Positions 10,122-19,845 of a DNA stretch of 64,000 bases are shown here, in pieces. The stretch is from a virus, in IMG/VR virus record IMGVR_UViG_3300030060_003575, positions 11,142-75,141 of that record. One strand, 5' to 3'. The notes below the pieces were generated by a model that ran no database searches, had not been told where the DNA came from, and worked only from the letters and a program-made list of their open reading frames with translations. A program made the translations under genes and the position numbers. The first letter of the stretch is position 1. Each line of letters starts with the position of its first letter.

Positions 10122-11572
10122 GTCATATCCTCCTTTAATTTTACGTAAACGCTTTTATTTATTCTGTTTTCTTCAAAGTATTCCCCAATAGATTTCTTCC
10201 ACCAATTGTAAATAGTTTGTTGTCCCTTCTGGGTTTTCTTTCTAACCTCTTGAAGTAATAATGTTTTATGCACCCATCCATCGTTACTGTCCATATCACG
10301 ATATATTGCTTTAAACACTCCTAAATTCGCTGTTTGTGCCACTGCTACCTTCTCAACCCGAAGTGCCTCATCTAGCCAAGATACGAGACTCTTATAACAT
10401 TGTCGAACAATCGAGGCCGCTTGTTGCACATTTTTCTGTGTAACAATAAATCTTTTGCTTTTATCCTTTATACTTGGGGCTTCCGCTACTGCACACAATA
10501 CTGCCAGTTTTTGGATATGTTTCAATATCCTGTTAATAAAAGTTTCAACTGCTTGAAACACTTCTGGTCTACTATGGCTAATATATTCCTCCATTAGAAT
10601 ACATTCACGCAATAAAGCATCTCTCGCATCAGGTGCTATCTTTATCACCTTAAGTGGGTCTTGCCCTACTTCATCATAACGTTCCTTTACAGCATCATAA
10701 ATCGTAGCAATACTTTTTGAGTATTTAATCTTCGGTGCTTCTTTTTGCTGCACAGTACCATAATCAGAAATTAACTTTCTTCTCATTTTCTTCTGCACAT
10801 CTTGTGGCACTTCCCATATAAATATCAAGAGTCTTTGCAGAACACCCTTTTCTGTAATAACACTTGTTAGTGTCTTTGGGATATATGATGTACCATAAAC
10901 TGAACGCTTGCATATACATTCTATAGGTTCATCACCCTGCTTCAACTTCTTAGAGATAACGAAAGTTTCTCCCCACATGGTATTCATAAATGTATTCAAA
11001 TACACAATTGCATTTTCTTTGTGTTGTGATTGTTTAAACACACCAGAATACTCAAACTCATCCCAGATTGCCATACCTTCTCCATGTAATTGCCCATAGA
11101 TAGGTACATTAACGTCAATCATTCTTGTCCTGCCATCTTCTTCTTCTACTTCTTCTCTTCTTTGCTCAAAGGAACCAATCAATGCAGCGTCTGTATAGTC
11201 GGTAATGTCAAACACGTCAAGATTAGTCCCGTGCTTTTCATTAATTAACTTAAACGCCTCTTCTATTATTGGTAGATACCAATTTGTTAGGGTTGATTTA
11301 CCAGTTCCTGAGGTTTGCAACCACAATATCTGTAATCGGGTATCATCAACGTTGATACCACTAGGTATTGCTATCATATCTTTAATTACTTGTCCTACCA
11401 TTGCGAAAAATGATAGGGTTGCGGGTGTATAATTATAATTAGATGCTTTAACCGCATCATTAGTATAACTAACCGCTACAGCAGGTAGAGTGATTTCTGT
11501 TTCACTCTCCTGCATTCCATTATCTATGAAATCATAGTACATTTCGTCTTCATCTGTATATCGTCTATTCAT
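10118..11572 (-). CDS. MCM-like AAA+ ATPase (putative replicative helicase)
   Basis: Walker A SGTGKS, Walker B IWDEF, arginine-finger-like LQRLL, sensor-2-like RILKHIQKLA and a C-terminal winged-helix-like segment. Confidence 0.65.
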   Translation of the reverse strand: MNRRYTDEDEMYYDFIDNGMQESETEITLPAVAVSYTNDAVKASNYNYTPATLSFFAMVGQVIKDMIAIPSGINVDDTRLQILWLQTSGTGKSTLTNWYLPIIEEAFKLINEKHGTNLDVFDITDYTDAALIGSFEQRREEVEEEDGRTRMIDVNVPIYGQLHGEGMAIWDEFEYSGVFKQSQHKENAIVYLNTFMNTMWGETFVISKKLKQGDEPIECICKRSVYGTSYIPKTLTSVITEKGVLQRLLIFIWEVPQDVQKKMRRKLISDYGTVQQKEAPKIKYSKSIATIYDAVKERYDEVGQDPLKVIKIAPDARDALLRECILMEEYISHSRPEVFQAVETFINRILKHIQKLAVLCAVAEAPSIKDKSKRFIVTQKNVQQAASIVRQCYKSLVSWLDEALRVEKVAVAQTANLGVFKAIYRDMDSNDGWVHKTLLLQEVRKKTQKGQQTIYNWWKKSIGEYFEENRINKSVYVKLKEDMT

Positions 11573-12258
11573 ATTGTCACCTTGTCTTCACTATTTAATG
11601 TGTCTATTATTCTTTGTGCTAATGTTATTCCTATTCCGTCTATTTTAGTTAATTCATCAACTGTGGCCTCACCTATTTCCATCAAGGAGCCAAAGTCATC
11701 TATTAGTATTTGTGCTTTTGTTGTACTTATTCCTTTTATTGTTGCTAACATGTTTATTCTTAGGTCGTCTGTTGTTATTCTTTTCATCAGTGTTGGGCTT
11801 ATTACATCTCTATTTATTGGTCTCATCTTACATATTGTTGTCATCAGTTTTGCTGCTTTCTTTGGGCCTTCAACCCAGAATACTTTTACATCTGTGTCTA
11901 AGGTTATTTTTCCTATTGCGCCATAAAATTTATTTATTAATAAATGGCTAGGAATGTTAATATTAACGTAGTCTGGATAGGCTAGTGCCTGATGGATAGA
12001 ACCATGTATAACAAGAATACAATGCTCAAAATATCTATCCATATTATCTAATTGATTCCACAATCTCTTGTTAATAACAGATTGTAGAAAGTCAATAGTA
12101 GATTTTGCTTCAAAGCAAACATCACTAAATACATAGTCACCAACCTCAATCCATTGTTTTTCAGTCATAATGTTTAATGCTATACATTCTCTTTTGACTG
12201 CATTAGATAAATCAGAATTTTCCCTACTATCTATAATTAACTTATTCATTCTAACCAC
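11569..12258 (-). CDS. ERCC4/XPF-family structure-specific nuclease with HhH
   Basis: IIDSRE, GDY, EAKSxxDFLQS, and two C-terminal HhH motifs (IKGIS, IDGIG). Confidence 0.85.
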   Translation of the reverse strand: MVRMNKLIIDSRENSDLSNAVKRECIALNIMTEKQWIEVGDYVFSDVCFEAKSTIDFLQSVINKRLWNQLDNMDRYFEHCILVIHGSIHQALAYPDYVNINIPSHLLINKFYGAIGKITLDTDVKVFWVEGPKKAAKLMTTICKMRPINRDVISPTLMKRITTDDLRINMLATIKGISTTKAQILIDDFGSLMEIGEATVDELTKIDGIGITLAQRIIDTLNSEDKVTI

Positions 12259-12376
12259 CCAAATAATTCAGCCATAATAATGACGGCTACTATTAAATTC
12301 ACAAATCCCACAAGGGTTCTAACTAATGCTAATGTTCCGAAGTGTAGTTCAGACCAATGTTCTACATCATCTCCAT

Positions 12377-13387
12377 TCATTCAGGATACCTCCAACATTT
12401 ACCCACACAATAACCTTGTGGTATTAATTTACCTTCACAACTTGGGGCATGATAGCCACCACTTACAATAAACCTAACATTCTTTTCAGTTACTGTAGCA
12501 TCCCAATCTAACCATACATTCTCTTTAGATGCTATAGTGTTTAACTCTTGCATTATAACACTCACCATTTCTTCTTGTTTAGTAGAATCCATTTCACGTT
12601 CACCTACTGCTAGTATATCTCTATACCATTGTACCAAATACACTCTTGCATAATGTCCTGGGTTTTCTACCATTATAGAATTATATAAACATGGTAATAT
12701 TGGTAACTCTCCCGGTGGCTTTGGCGGTACTACTTCTATCTTAGAAACCTTAATTGGTTTAACTTCTGTCCATGCTTGTAACTTAGAACCATAGGTTACT
12801 GTTGGTCTATTCCCATGTTTTGCTTTATTAGTTATATCATTTAGGTTACCATCTATTACTTCTTCAACAGTCAAAGGAATACAAAAATACGGGCCTTCGC
12901 TACTAAGATTAACTGTGTTAGGTATTCTCCGAAGCCTATTAGTTTGCACACCAGTATTATCAAGAGTTTCTGTCTTCTCGGCATATCTGATAAAAGTAGA
13001 TTGAATGCTTCTAATATCATCAGCCTTCTCACCCAATACTATTATATGAAACCCCTTCCCACTAAAGTACATTCTAAAAACTATATCTTTCATTCTTAAT
13101 TGCTTTACCACTGCAACAAAATCTTCCCATGCTCTTTCTAATGGTTCTCCGTGTGCATCAAAGTCCAAAAACATTCTATCCAAGATAACAGAAGAGTCTA
13201 CTTTACTATCTACCGCAAAATGCTCAAAGTCATATACTGTTGTATAACAATTCATCTTACCGTTGAAAGCATTAACCCACGTTTCAAATTCAGTCTTGTT
13301 TCTTACTATCACTCTTTTCATTTGTGGTGCGTTTCTTAGGTGGCTTCCTGCCCACACTTCTCTTGGGAACTTCATCTTTATCATCAT
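12377..13387 (-). CDS. archaeo-eukaryotic primase, PriS fused to a PriL-like Fe-S domain
   Basis: LDFD, SGKGFH and RxPNTxN catalytic motifs; C-terminal LPC...HYAR...APSC...YCxxxC. Confidence 0.85.
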   Translation of the reverse strand: MMIKMKFPREVWAGSHLRNAPQMKRVIVRNKTEFETWVNAFNGKMNCYTTVYDFEHFAVDSKVDSSVILDRMFLDFDAHGEPLERAWEDFVAVVKQLRMKDIVFRMYFSGKGFHIIVLGEKADDIRSIQSTFIRYAEKTETLDNTGVQTNRLRRIPNTVNLSSEGPYFCIPLTVEEVIDGNLNDITNKAKHGNRPTVTYGSKLQAWTEVKPIKVSKIEVVPPKPPGELPILPCLYNSIMVENPGHYARVYLVQWYRDILAVGEREMDSTKQEEMVSVIMQELNTIASKENVWLDWDATVTEKNVRFIVSGGYHAPSCEGKLIPQGYCVGKCWRYPE

Positions 13388-13691
13388 CCTTAAAATTTAC
13401 ATTTGCTGTTTGTAGTTCTTCTTTTATTATATCTGCTATTTTATTATTTAATTGCCTTAATACTTCTCCTTGGAAAAACTCACCAAAAAGCATGTCCTCA
13501 TATATTGGAACATCCCATATTAGGTCTACCTTAGACTTAACATCTAAGTCATCATACATCTCACTAGACATAGTAGTTATTATTTCTGCTACGTTACTAA
13601 TCTCTTGAAATGTCCATGTCTTTTCTTTTAACTTACTTCTTACCTTTTCGCCTATTCTCATAACCATGCACCTTCTTCTGCCGCAGGGCAT
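13290..13691 (-). CDS. hypothetical protein (start probably near 13662)
   Basis: ORF coupled between the primase and nuclease genes. Confidence 0.55.
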   Translation of the reverse strand: MPCGRRRCMVMRIGEKVRSKLKEKTWTFQEISNVAEIITTMSSEMYDDLDVKSKVDLIWDVPIYEDMLFGEFFQGEVLRQLNNKIADIIKEELQTANVNFKDDDKDEVPKRSVGRKPPKKRTTNEKSDSKKQD

Positions 13692-14539
13692 ATACTCATA
13701 AAACTACAATATTGGCATGTATTGTAATAATACTTAGGGTTGAACTCCTGTAACTCATATGCCTTTATTAATTGTGTAATGTTCTTATACACCGCAGTTA
13801 TACTTTGTTTCTTAACTGCTTCTACCTGTAGATAATTAGATTGTGGATAATACCAAGCCCAATTTGTAACGGGTATATTAGGGTCTAATCCATTATCTAA
13901 CAACACTTGCTCTGGAGTATTCTCTATCAATATCTTGTAAAAGGCTAATTCTTTACGCATCATAGTTAATTTATAATCTTTCCAAGGGCCAGTCTTTAAT
14001 TCCATAGGTATATACTTACCATCCTGAACAAACATCCTATCAATTATACCTTGTAAATGCACAACATAATCCCTTTCTAAGACACACTTAGGATTATACG
14101 CATGTGGTATTGTGATTTCTGCATCTAGCATAATCTCATTGATAACTGGTAAATACTCATCTACAGTATCATCCTCTTTAGCCTGTAGGAATCGTTCTGC
14201 TTCAAATATTGATATAGTCTTATACATCTCAGTGTAATCATCTATCGGATGCAGACCCATGTTATAAGTCACTAACTCATCATAACTTAAATTCTCTGCC
14301 TTCTTAACATCAAAGTCATTGAAGAAATCCTCTCTACTATTGTGTACCGCAGTACCTTTAATCATAGCCTCCGTTGTTGATTGAGGTAACCTCAATGGAT
14401 ACGAAAACTCATACTTCTTAGGACACCAGTTAAAGGTTCCAAAAGAAGACTTTGTTATTTTTAATATTGGGTTCTCCGGGTTACTATATTCTGCCGGATA
14501 CCATTTATATGTATATTCTCTCATTTTACCACCACTCAT
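13658..14539 (-). CDS. Cas4-like PD-(D/E)xK exonuclease
   Basis: WCP...GIIDR...ELKTG...CxxCxxxxxC four-cysteine Fe-S arrangement. Confidence 0.8.
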   Translation of the reverse strand: MSGGKMREYTYKWYPAEYSNPENPILKITKSSFGTFNWCPKKYEFSYPLRLPQSTTEAMIKGTAVHNSREDFFNDFDVKKAENLSYDELVTYNMGLHPIDDYTEMYKTISIFEAERFLQAKEDDTVDEYLPVINEIMLDAEITIPHAYNPKCVLERDYVVHLQGIIDRMFVQDGKYIPMELKTGPWKDYKLTMMRKELAFYKILIENTPEQVLLDNGLDPNIPVTNWAWYYPQSNYLQVEAVKKQSITAVYKNITQLIKAYELQEFNPKYYYNTCQYCSFMSICPAAEEGAWL

Positions 14540-15443
14540 TTAAATTTGTTTGATTTATATCTTGACTAATTGGTTTAGTGTCCCAACCCATTGCCATGTA
14601 AATAGGTTCTGCCTTTTTAATAACAGATAATGCATAATGCCTCCAATCAGGCTGGAAGTTACAATGCTTATTTAAGTCTACTAAACTAGAAGCCGCAAGA
14701 TATGTAGGCCTCTTAGATACCCCTGTAATTGGATTAACGTAAGTAGGTCTAGATGGGTCATCTGATACTCTCACATAAACATAAGAATCTTCTATGGGAA
14801 CACCATAGACTTGATTCCACCATATAACACCTTCAATACCGCCACCAATACTAGGGTCTTTACCCATCATGGTTCTCAACAATAAGTCTTTACCACACTT
14901 ACTACAAAAAGCATTTTGAGTAAACTCTTTCCTTATCTTTAATACGTCATCTATGTCATATTCTTTAGAACAAAAGTTACACTTGTAACGAACACGTTCT
15001 GGTTTGAACCTACTTCTGTTCGTAATATTCTTTATATCAATCTCACCATTCAGAACCTTGTTATATTCTGTCTTGAGATAGTTAGTTATTTCCTGTTCTG
15101 ATTTCTTTTCAACCCACATTTTTAAAACTGTCAATTGAATATCTTTTGCTAATTGAGTTATTGCCACTCTCTTTGCAGCAAAACCAGTCATAACAAATTC
15201 AGGCTCATCTAATGTAACACCGTCCTTCCAAGAAATAAGCCCCGCGTTTCTATTCTTAGTTATACCAACGCCTAAAGACTCATAATATTTCTCAAACTCT
15301 AATGTTACAGGGTGTTCTTTTAATCCTAAAAGATTAGGAAACAGTCCTCTTACATGGTTATTCAATAAAGCCAATGTTTCTTCTGCTCGATTCATTGGCA
15401 TTTCTACATAGATAGAATCAGTATGTCCATAAACCACTTTCAT
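14526..15443 (-). CDS. polB: family B DNA polymerase, C-terminal part (split gene)
   Basis: Begins MKVVYGHTDS (motif C variant), then LEFEK, KNRNAG, a CxxC...CxxC insertion and a C-terminal PIP-like QTNLNEWW. Confidence 0.9.
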   Translation of the reverse strand: MKVVYGHTDSIYVEMPMNRAEETLALLNNHVRGLFPNLLGLKEHPVTLEFEKYYESLGVGITKNRNAGLISWKDGVTLDEPEFVMTGFAAKRVAITQLAKDIQLTVLKMWVEKKSEQEITNYLKTEYNKVLNGEIDIKNITNRSRFKPERVRYKCNFCSKEYDIDDVLKIRKEFTQNAFCSKCGKDLLLRTMMGKDPSIGGGIEGVIWWNQVYGVPIEDSYVYVRVSDDPSRPTYVNPITGVSKRPTYLAASSLVDLNKHCNFQPDWRHYALSVIKKAEPIYMAMGWDTKPISQDINQTNLNEWW

Positions 15444-16238
15444 TCTACTCTCTCCCAATGTTTTTCATACTTAGTATTAAATCTAAACATCCCGCCTATG
15501 TCATCTAGGTATTCAATTACATATACTGGTAGATACCAATCATGTTCTACATTTACTACCATTGCTTTTTTGCTGGTTAGTCTATTTACTATTATATCAT
15601 TTATTCTAAAAATTGTCATTTATATATTCCCCTTCTTTCTAGCATACAAATATTTTGCTGCTTCATTGATGCATCTAGGACACAGGTTGCCATACATTGT
15701 TGATTGTAAAGCAATTACTATACCATCGGTGTCATCTTTACCATCATAGGTCTCACAATAAAAACACGGTTTCATTATTCTTCCTCCCATAAACTTTCAT
15801 CCCAAGGGTTTACCATGACGATGTAATCATTGACAAAAACATTGATACAAGGAATACAAATACTACCCCCGTCTACCTCAACATATTGTCTTATACCAAA
15901 TATTGTTCTATTGGTATGATTACACACAACACAAGTTTCTATTTGGTGTTGCGATTTATCGCCTGCAAACCATATGGTCATTCTTCTTCTCTCACCTCAA
16001 CGAATAACCAAGCACCAGTTTGCATACATTTACATCTCACATTTTCACTTCCTGTTTACAATAAGTACACAGGCCTTCATCATCAACACTACGATGATGC
16101 TTATTATATTGACAATTACAATAATACTTTCTCATTTTAATATCTCCTTACTTTCTCATCTTGTAATGACCTTAATAATGCATGAACAAATACAACATAA
16201 AAGGCTACTATAGGTATCGTACATAAAAGTTCCGTCAT
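15440..16238 (-). other. six coupled micro-ORFs between the polB halves
   Basis: Manual translation: 16238-16137 (33 aa, hydrophobic), one from 16135 (32 aa, Cys/His), a 20-aa ORF, 15981-15775 (68 aa, two CxxC), 15775-15620 (51 aa, two CxxC) and 15619-15440 (59 aa). Starts and stops overlap or abut. Confidence 0.6.
15775..15981 (-). CDS. small zinc-finger protein
   Basis: CVVC...ICIPC. Confidence 0.6.
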   Translation of the reverse strand: MTIWFAGDKSQHQIETCVVCNHTNRTIFGIRQYVEVDGGSICIPCINVFVNDYIVMVNPWDESLWEEE

Positions 16239-17887
16239 ATTTCCATCACCTTAAACGCTGCTGCTCTAATTGCCTCTCTAGCACTAGCAGTAATACTAGC
16301 AGCCAAATCAACATCAGCCCAGCCAAACCCTTGATAAGCAACGATACCGTAAAAAGAGGCCATTAATCTTTTTACAGCAAGTTGATTGTTGCTCCACTTA
16401 ACATAGTTATCTGGGTCAGTCTTCATCTTCTTTTTATATTCATCTCGCAATTCCTTTAACTCTAAAACTGCTTTAGGTAAAAGCCCAAGTTTATCTGTTT
16501 TATAATAAAGCATTTGCTCATCATCCTCTATCGAGAAATCTCTAGGTGTTAGAATGTTAACACCAAACTCAGTAGGTTCATCTGATTTGGTTTCCCATGA
16601 TATATTCCGGGCTATCATCATAGAGGGATACAGTTGTGCAAAATCAAACGCAGCCACACCTAGATGTAAACCGTTTGTCCCTTCTGTTTCGGGGTTGTAA
16701 ATCATAGCCCCTTGATAATCAACCTTATCACCATGTTCACCAGTAGGTGCCTTCCAAGTAGCATTACGCATAAAGTATATACCACCCATGTTACTAGCAT
16801 AAAAGCAAGCATCGAATGGTGCCTTTAGTAAACGCTGTAATGCAATAACTGCTTCCGATGTGTAGTTCTCTTCATCTATCCTAACAAGAAGCATAACGTC
16901 AACTGCTGCATAATCAAGATAGTGCTTGGTATCTTCCAACCATCCTCTAGAAAAGAATTCATTCTTATCTGGAAACTTTTCCGATACAAGTTTCTTCTCA
17001 CCTAATACAATATCAGCAACGTAATCTAATGCTAATGATGGTAGTGTTCCTCTTTGAGCATCATTCCATTGTCTCTCAAAAGCCAAGTCTAGATTTAATA
17101 CTAGCCTTCCTCTGATTGGTTGTTCAATAGGGCTATAATTGTTCACGTTCTTGGAAAGTTTGATACCTTCATCAAAATAAACCCCCTTCACATCATTATA
17201 TGGAGATAATTTTCTGGGGTCTAGCCCGTTGGCATAGAGTCTTTCGATTAATTTAGGCAAATCGAACTTAGACCCGAACCAAGAAATCATCATATCTGGG
17301 TCTTCTCTAGTCAAGTGACCCACAAAATTCTCTAACATTTCTTTTTCAGTTAGAAACCCTTCACCAATAAGATTTCTTTTCGGTGGTGTATCTCTAGGCA
17401 ACCAATAAGAAACTCTATTTCTTTTAGTGTAGTTATCATAGAAAACCATACAAGTGATAGCACCATCGTGTTCACCCCCCTGCTGCCATTCTAAATCCCA
17501 ATACCACTTTCTGAGATTATACTCAGGCATCTCAGATATGTGGTCTATTGCATATCTATAATGATAAGCAACGTCTGCTTCATAGGTTTGCTTCCACTCC
17601 TTTCTGAGTGTTCGCATATATCCGGGCTTCGGTGGAAACCATGTTACCTTCTTTAACGGTTCACCATCTAGATTAACAGCGTCACCGCTACTGTCATACA
17701 CCAAATCAATACCAATGCTTTTACCAAAATCCCGAAAAGAAACCCGGTGTATTTCTCTTTCACTTTGTTTAATATAAAAATAAGGTGGTGCTTCATTATA
17801 CTCAACTTCCCTTTCTTGTCTATTATTATTCTGGTCTCTCCATCTTAGACCTATCATATTATTTTTATCTACTGTACTAATTATCAT
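16235..17887 (-). CDS. polB: family B DNA polymerase, N-terminal part (exonuclease plus motifs A and B)
   Basis: WDLEW, FGSKFD and YAAVD exonuclease motifs; DFAQLYPS (motif A); KRLMASFYG (motif B). Confidence 0.92.
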   Translation of the reverse strand: MIISTVDKNNMIGLRWRDQNNNRQEREVEYNEAPPYFYIKQSEREIHRVSFRDFGKSIGIDLVYDSSGDAVNLDGEPLKKVTWFPPKPGYMRTLRKEWKQTYEADVAYHYRYAIDHISEMPEYNLRKWYWDLEWQQGGEHDGAITCMVFYDNYTKRNRVSYWLPRDTPPKRNLIGEGFLTEKEMLENFVGHLTREDPDMMISWFGSKFDLPKLIERLYANGLDPRKLSPYNDVKGVYFDEGIKLSKNVNNYSPIEQPIRGRLVLNLDLAFERQWNDAQRGTLPSLALDYVADIVLGEKKLVSEKFPDKNEFFSRGWLEDTKHYLDYAAVDVMLLVRIDEENYTSEAVIALQRLLKAPFDACFYASNMGGIYFMRNATWKAPTGEHGDKVDYQGAMIYNPETEGTNGLHLGVAAFDFAQLYPSMMIARNISWETKSDEPTEFGVNILTPRDFSIEDDEQMLYYKTDKLGLLPKAVLELKELRDEYKKKMKTDPDNYVKWSNNQLAVKRLMASFYGIVAYQGFGWADVDLAASITASAREAIRAAAFKVMEI

Positions 17888-17891
17888 TTAA

Positions 17892-18668
17892 TCATCTCTG
17901 TAAGTATGGCGCAATAACCATCTTACGATTATTGCCCCACAAAATGATGGGTTTATCATCATCACTATAAATATACATAGGCCCATCGGTACAGAATTTA
18001 TCTATGGGTGCAGAAAATGCTACTGTCAAATCAGCAGTAGCAGGTGCAAGCATAGTAATTGTTCTATCAACCATCTCAGTCTGATGGAAGTTTTCCGATG
18101 ATACCTTTAATGTGTCTTTACCAAAAGTAGCATCTATTTTAAAAGATGCTGTTCCTACCAAGTTACAATACTTGATAGCAGTTGCTAAATCCTTACCCTC
18201 AACAAATAGTTTACAGGGTAGGGGTGTTTTACCAAACATCACAGGCTTACCATCTTCGCCCAAATTAAAATCTCTTATCCTTGAGATTAAAGCCATGTTA
18301 GGATGTTCTACTAACTTAGGTAGCCTAACAGATGTTTCTGTAGTCTGAATGAGAATATTAGCATCGGTTATTTTAATATTTATATTTTCACTCTTTAGGT
18401 TTTTAAGATACTTATTTGCCTTTTCAATATCAAAGATAAACAAAGTATCTTCATCTATATTAGTGCGTAAGCCATCTAAAGATACGCTTATACCACACTT
18501 GTCATTACCATTCAATAGTTGCATTGAAGTCTTTGAAAGAATACCTACTGCGGTATTGCTTATCACGTCAACCTTAGATGTGGTTGAGGACTTATACTTG
18601 CCTTTAAGCCAAATTGCCTCAACCGCATCTTTAAAGTCATTTAAATTTACGGTACAAATTATATTCAT
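17892..18668 (-). CDS. pcn: DNA sliding clamp (PCNA-like)
   Basis: About 258 aa with a two-domain clamp pattern ending DKPIIL...MVIAPY; adjacent to polB and near RFC genes. Confidence 0.7.
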   Translation of the reverse strand: MNIICTVNLNDFKDAVEAIWLKGKYKSSTTSKVDVISNTAVGILSKTSMQLLNGNDKCGISVSLDGLRTNIDEDTLFIFDIEKANKYLKNLKSENINIKITDANILIQTTETSVRLPKLVEHPNMALISRIRDFNLGEDGKPVMFGKTPLPCKLFVEGKDLATAIKYCNLVGTASFKIDATFGKDTLKVSSENFHQTEMVDRTITMLAPATADLTVAFSAPIDKFCTDGPMYIYSDDDKPIILWGNNRKMVIAPYLQR

Positions 18669-19561
18669 AGTGTTCCCTCTTGTAGTTCTGGAATCCCAAA
18701 CCATTCATTCTCTCCGTTAGTTGAAAATATAGTCCACTCCGTTCCCACAAGTTTAGGATTCGTTTTACTAGCCGTTAACTTGGCTACGTAGTTTGTGGTT
18801 TTACCCTTAATTACCTTTTCAATGTGAATCATTTGAATAAATCTAGCAGGTGTAGATTTATGCCAATCAGGTACTTCGCCTATTGGTGTAGGTACATTGA
18901 TATTATCATATACAGGTTTCATGTGTGTAATCAAATACCTATCACATTCTAAACTACATACAAGGTCTAGTAATCTGTTATAGATTCTATTCCTTATCTT
19001 CCAGTCAAGAGTAGATACTCTTACTGAATCAGTAGCATGAACAATGCTACCTTCCTTAGTTTGCTGCTTAACTAGCAACTCTCTAAGCACATCACTTGAG
19101 CCTTCAAAGGCCTTATCTACCCCATCTAAACAAAACGATTTAACATCGCCTGTCTTAATTAATTCCTTAGCATATTGGCAAAAGTTATTTGCATTGTTAA
19201 AGGTCTCTTCCCAATCAGTAGAACCGTCTGGGTTAATTTCTAATGGGCAATAGATAATTATATTCTCATCTCTATTCCAACAAGCATCCCATGTAGGTTC
19301 TGCTCCATCATCAAAATCCAAGATAAGAATCTTCTTACCCTGCTTTACTTCTTCCTCAGTTCTACTATCTTGCACTAAACCAGTTTTACCAACCTTGGGG
19401 TTGCCTGTTATTGAACATAGATTATATGTTCTATCTCTAGTTAGTCTTGATTGTATTTGAGCCAATATCTTTGCCTTTGCATCTGCAAAATAATCGCCAC
19501 TCTTTTCTTCTGTTTCACTACCTGCTTTTCCTTTCTTTTCAGTTGTCCAATCCATATTCAT
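18665..19561 (-). CDS. RecA-superfamily (AAA_24/Sak4-like) ATPase
   Basis: GNPKVGKT Walker A, ILDFDDG, CLDGVD Walker B, LITH; close to the SSB gene. Confidence 0.7.
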   Translation of the reverse strand: MNMDWTTEKKGKAGSETEEKSGDYFADAKAKILAQIQSRLTRDRTYNLCSITGNPKVGKTGLVQDSRTEEEVKQGKKILILDFDDGAEPTWDACWNRDENIIIYCPLEINPDGSTDWEETFNNANNFCQYAKELIKTGDVKSFCLDGVDKAFEGSSDVLRELLVKQQTKEGSIVHATDSVRVSTLDWKIRNRIYNRLLDLVCSLECDRYLITHMKPVYDNINVPTPIGEVPDWHKSTPARFIQMIHIEKVIKGKTTNYVAKLTASKTNPKLVGTEWTIFSTNGENEWFGIPELQEGTL

Positions 19562-19781
19562 CGCCTATATCTAATTCTAATGTTTCTTGATATACTTCAT
19601 CCACTATATCTCTTAGGTCGTCTTCACCGACCTTTATTCTTATCTCTTTACCAGAAGGTAAATGAAGTTTCACCCAATAATCTTTGGTCTCTTCATTTAG
19701 TCTCCAAGTTAGAAACTCTATATTATCTAGATTCAATGCATAACTGCTTCCATGCATTATTCTATTTTCAATTTTAAACAT
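19539..19781 (-). CDS. hypothetical protein
   Basis: Likely start MFKIENR with a GAGGA RBS; overlaps the downstream gene. Confidence 0.55.
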   Translation of the reverse strand: MFKIENRIMHGSSYALNLDNIEFLTWRLNEETKDYWVKLHLPSGKEIRIKVGEDDLRDIVDEVYQETLELDIGDEYGLDN

Positions 19782-19845
19782 ATTAATTCCTCTTTTGGGG
19801 CATCGCACCCCATAGTCGGTCACTACCACCGATAGGATACAAAAC

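Noticed and set aside
13658-14539. Cas4 as evidence of a CRISPR-Cas system
   Set aside because: It is a solo Cas4-like nuclease inside a replication operon, common in archaeal viruses; there is no cas1, cas2 or array.
15970-15977. Isolated CCATATGG inside the polB gap
   Set aside because: It is a single copy within a coding start with no partner inverted end, consistent with chance.
15440-16238. Split intein or group I intron in polB
   Set aside because: There is no intein N-terminal C/S block or C-terminal HN motif; the gap is filled with ordinary coupled ORFs and the C-half has its own ATG.
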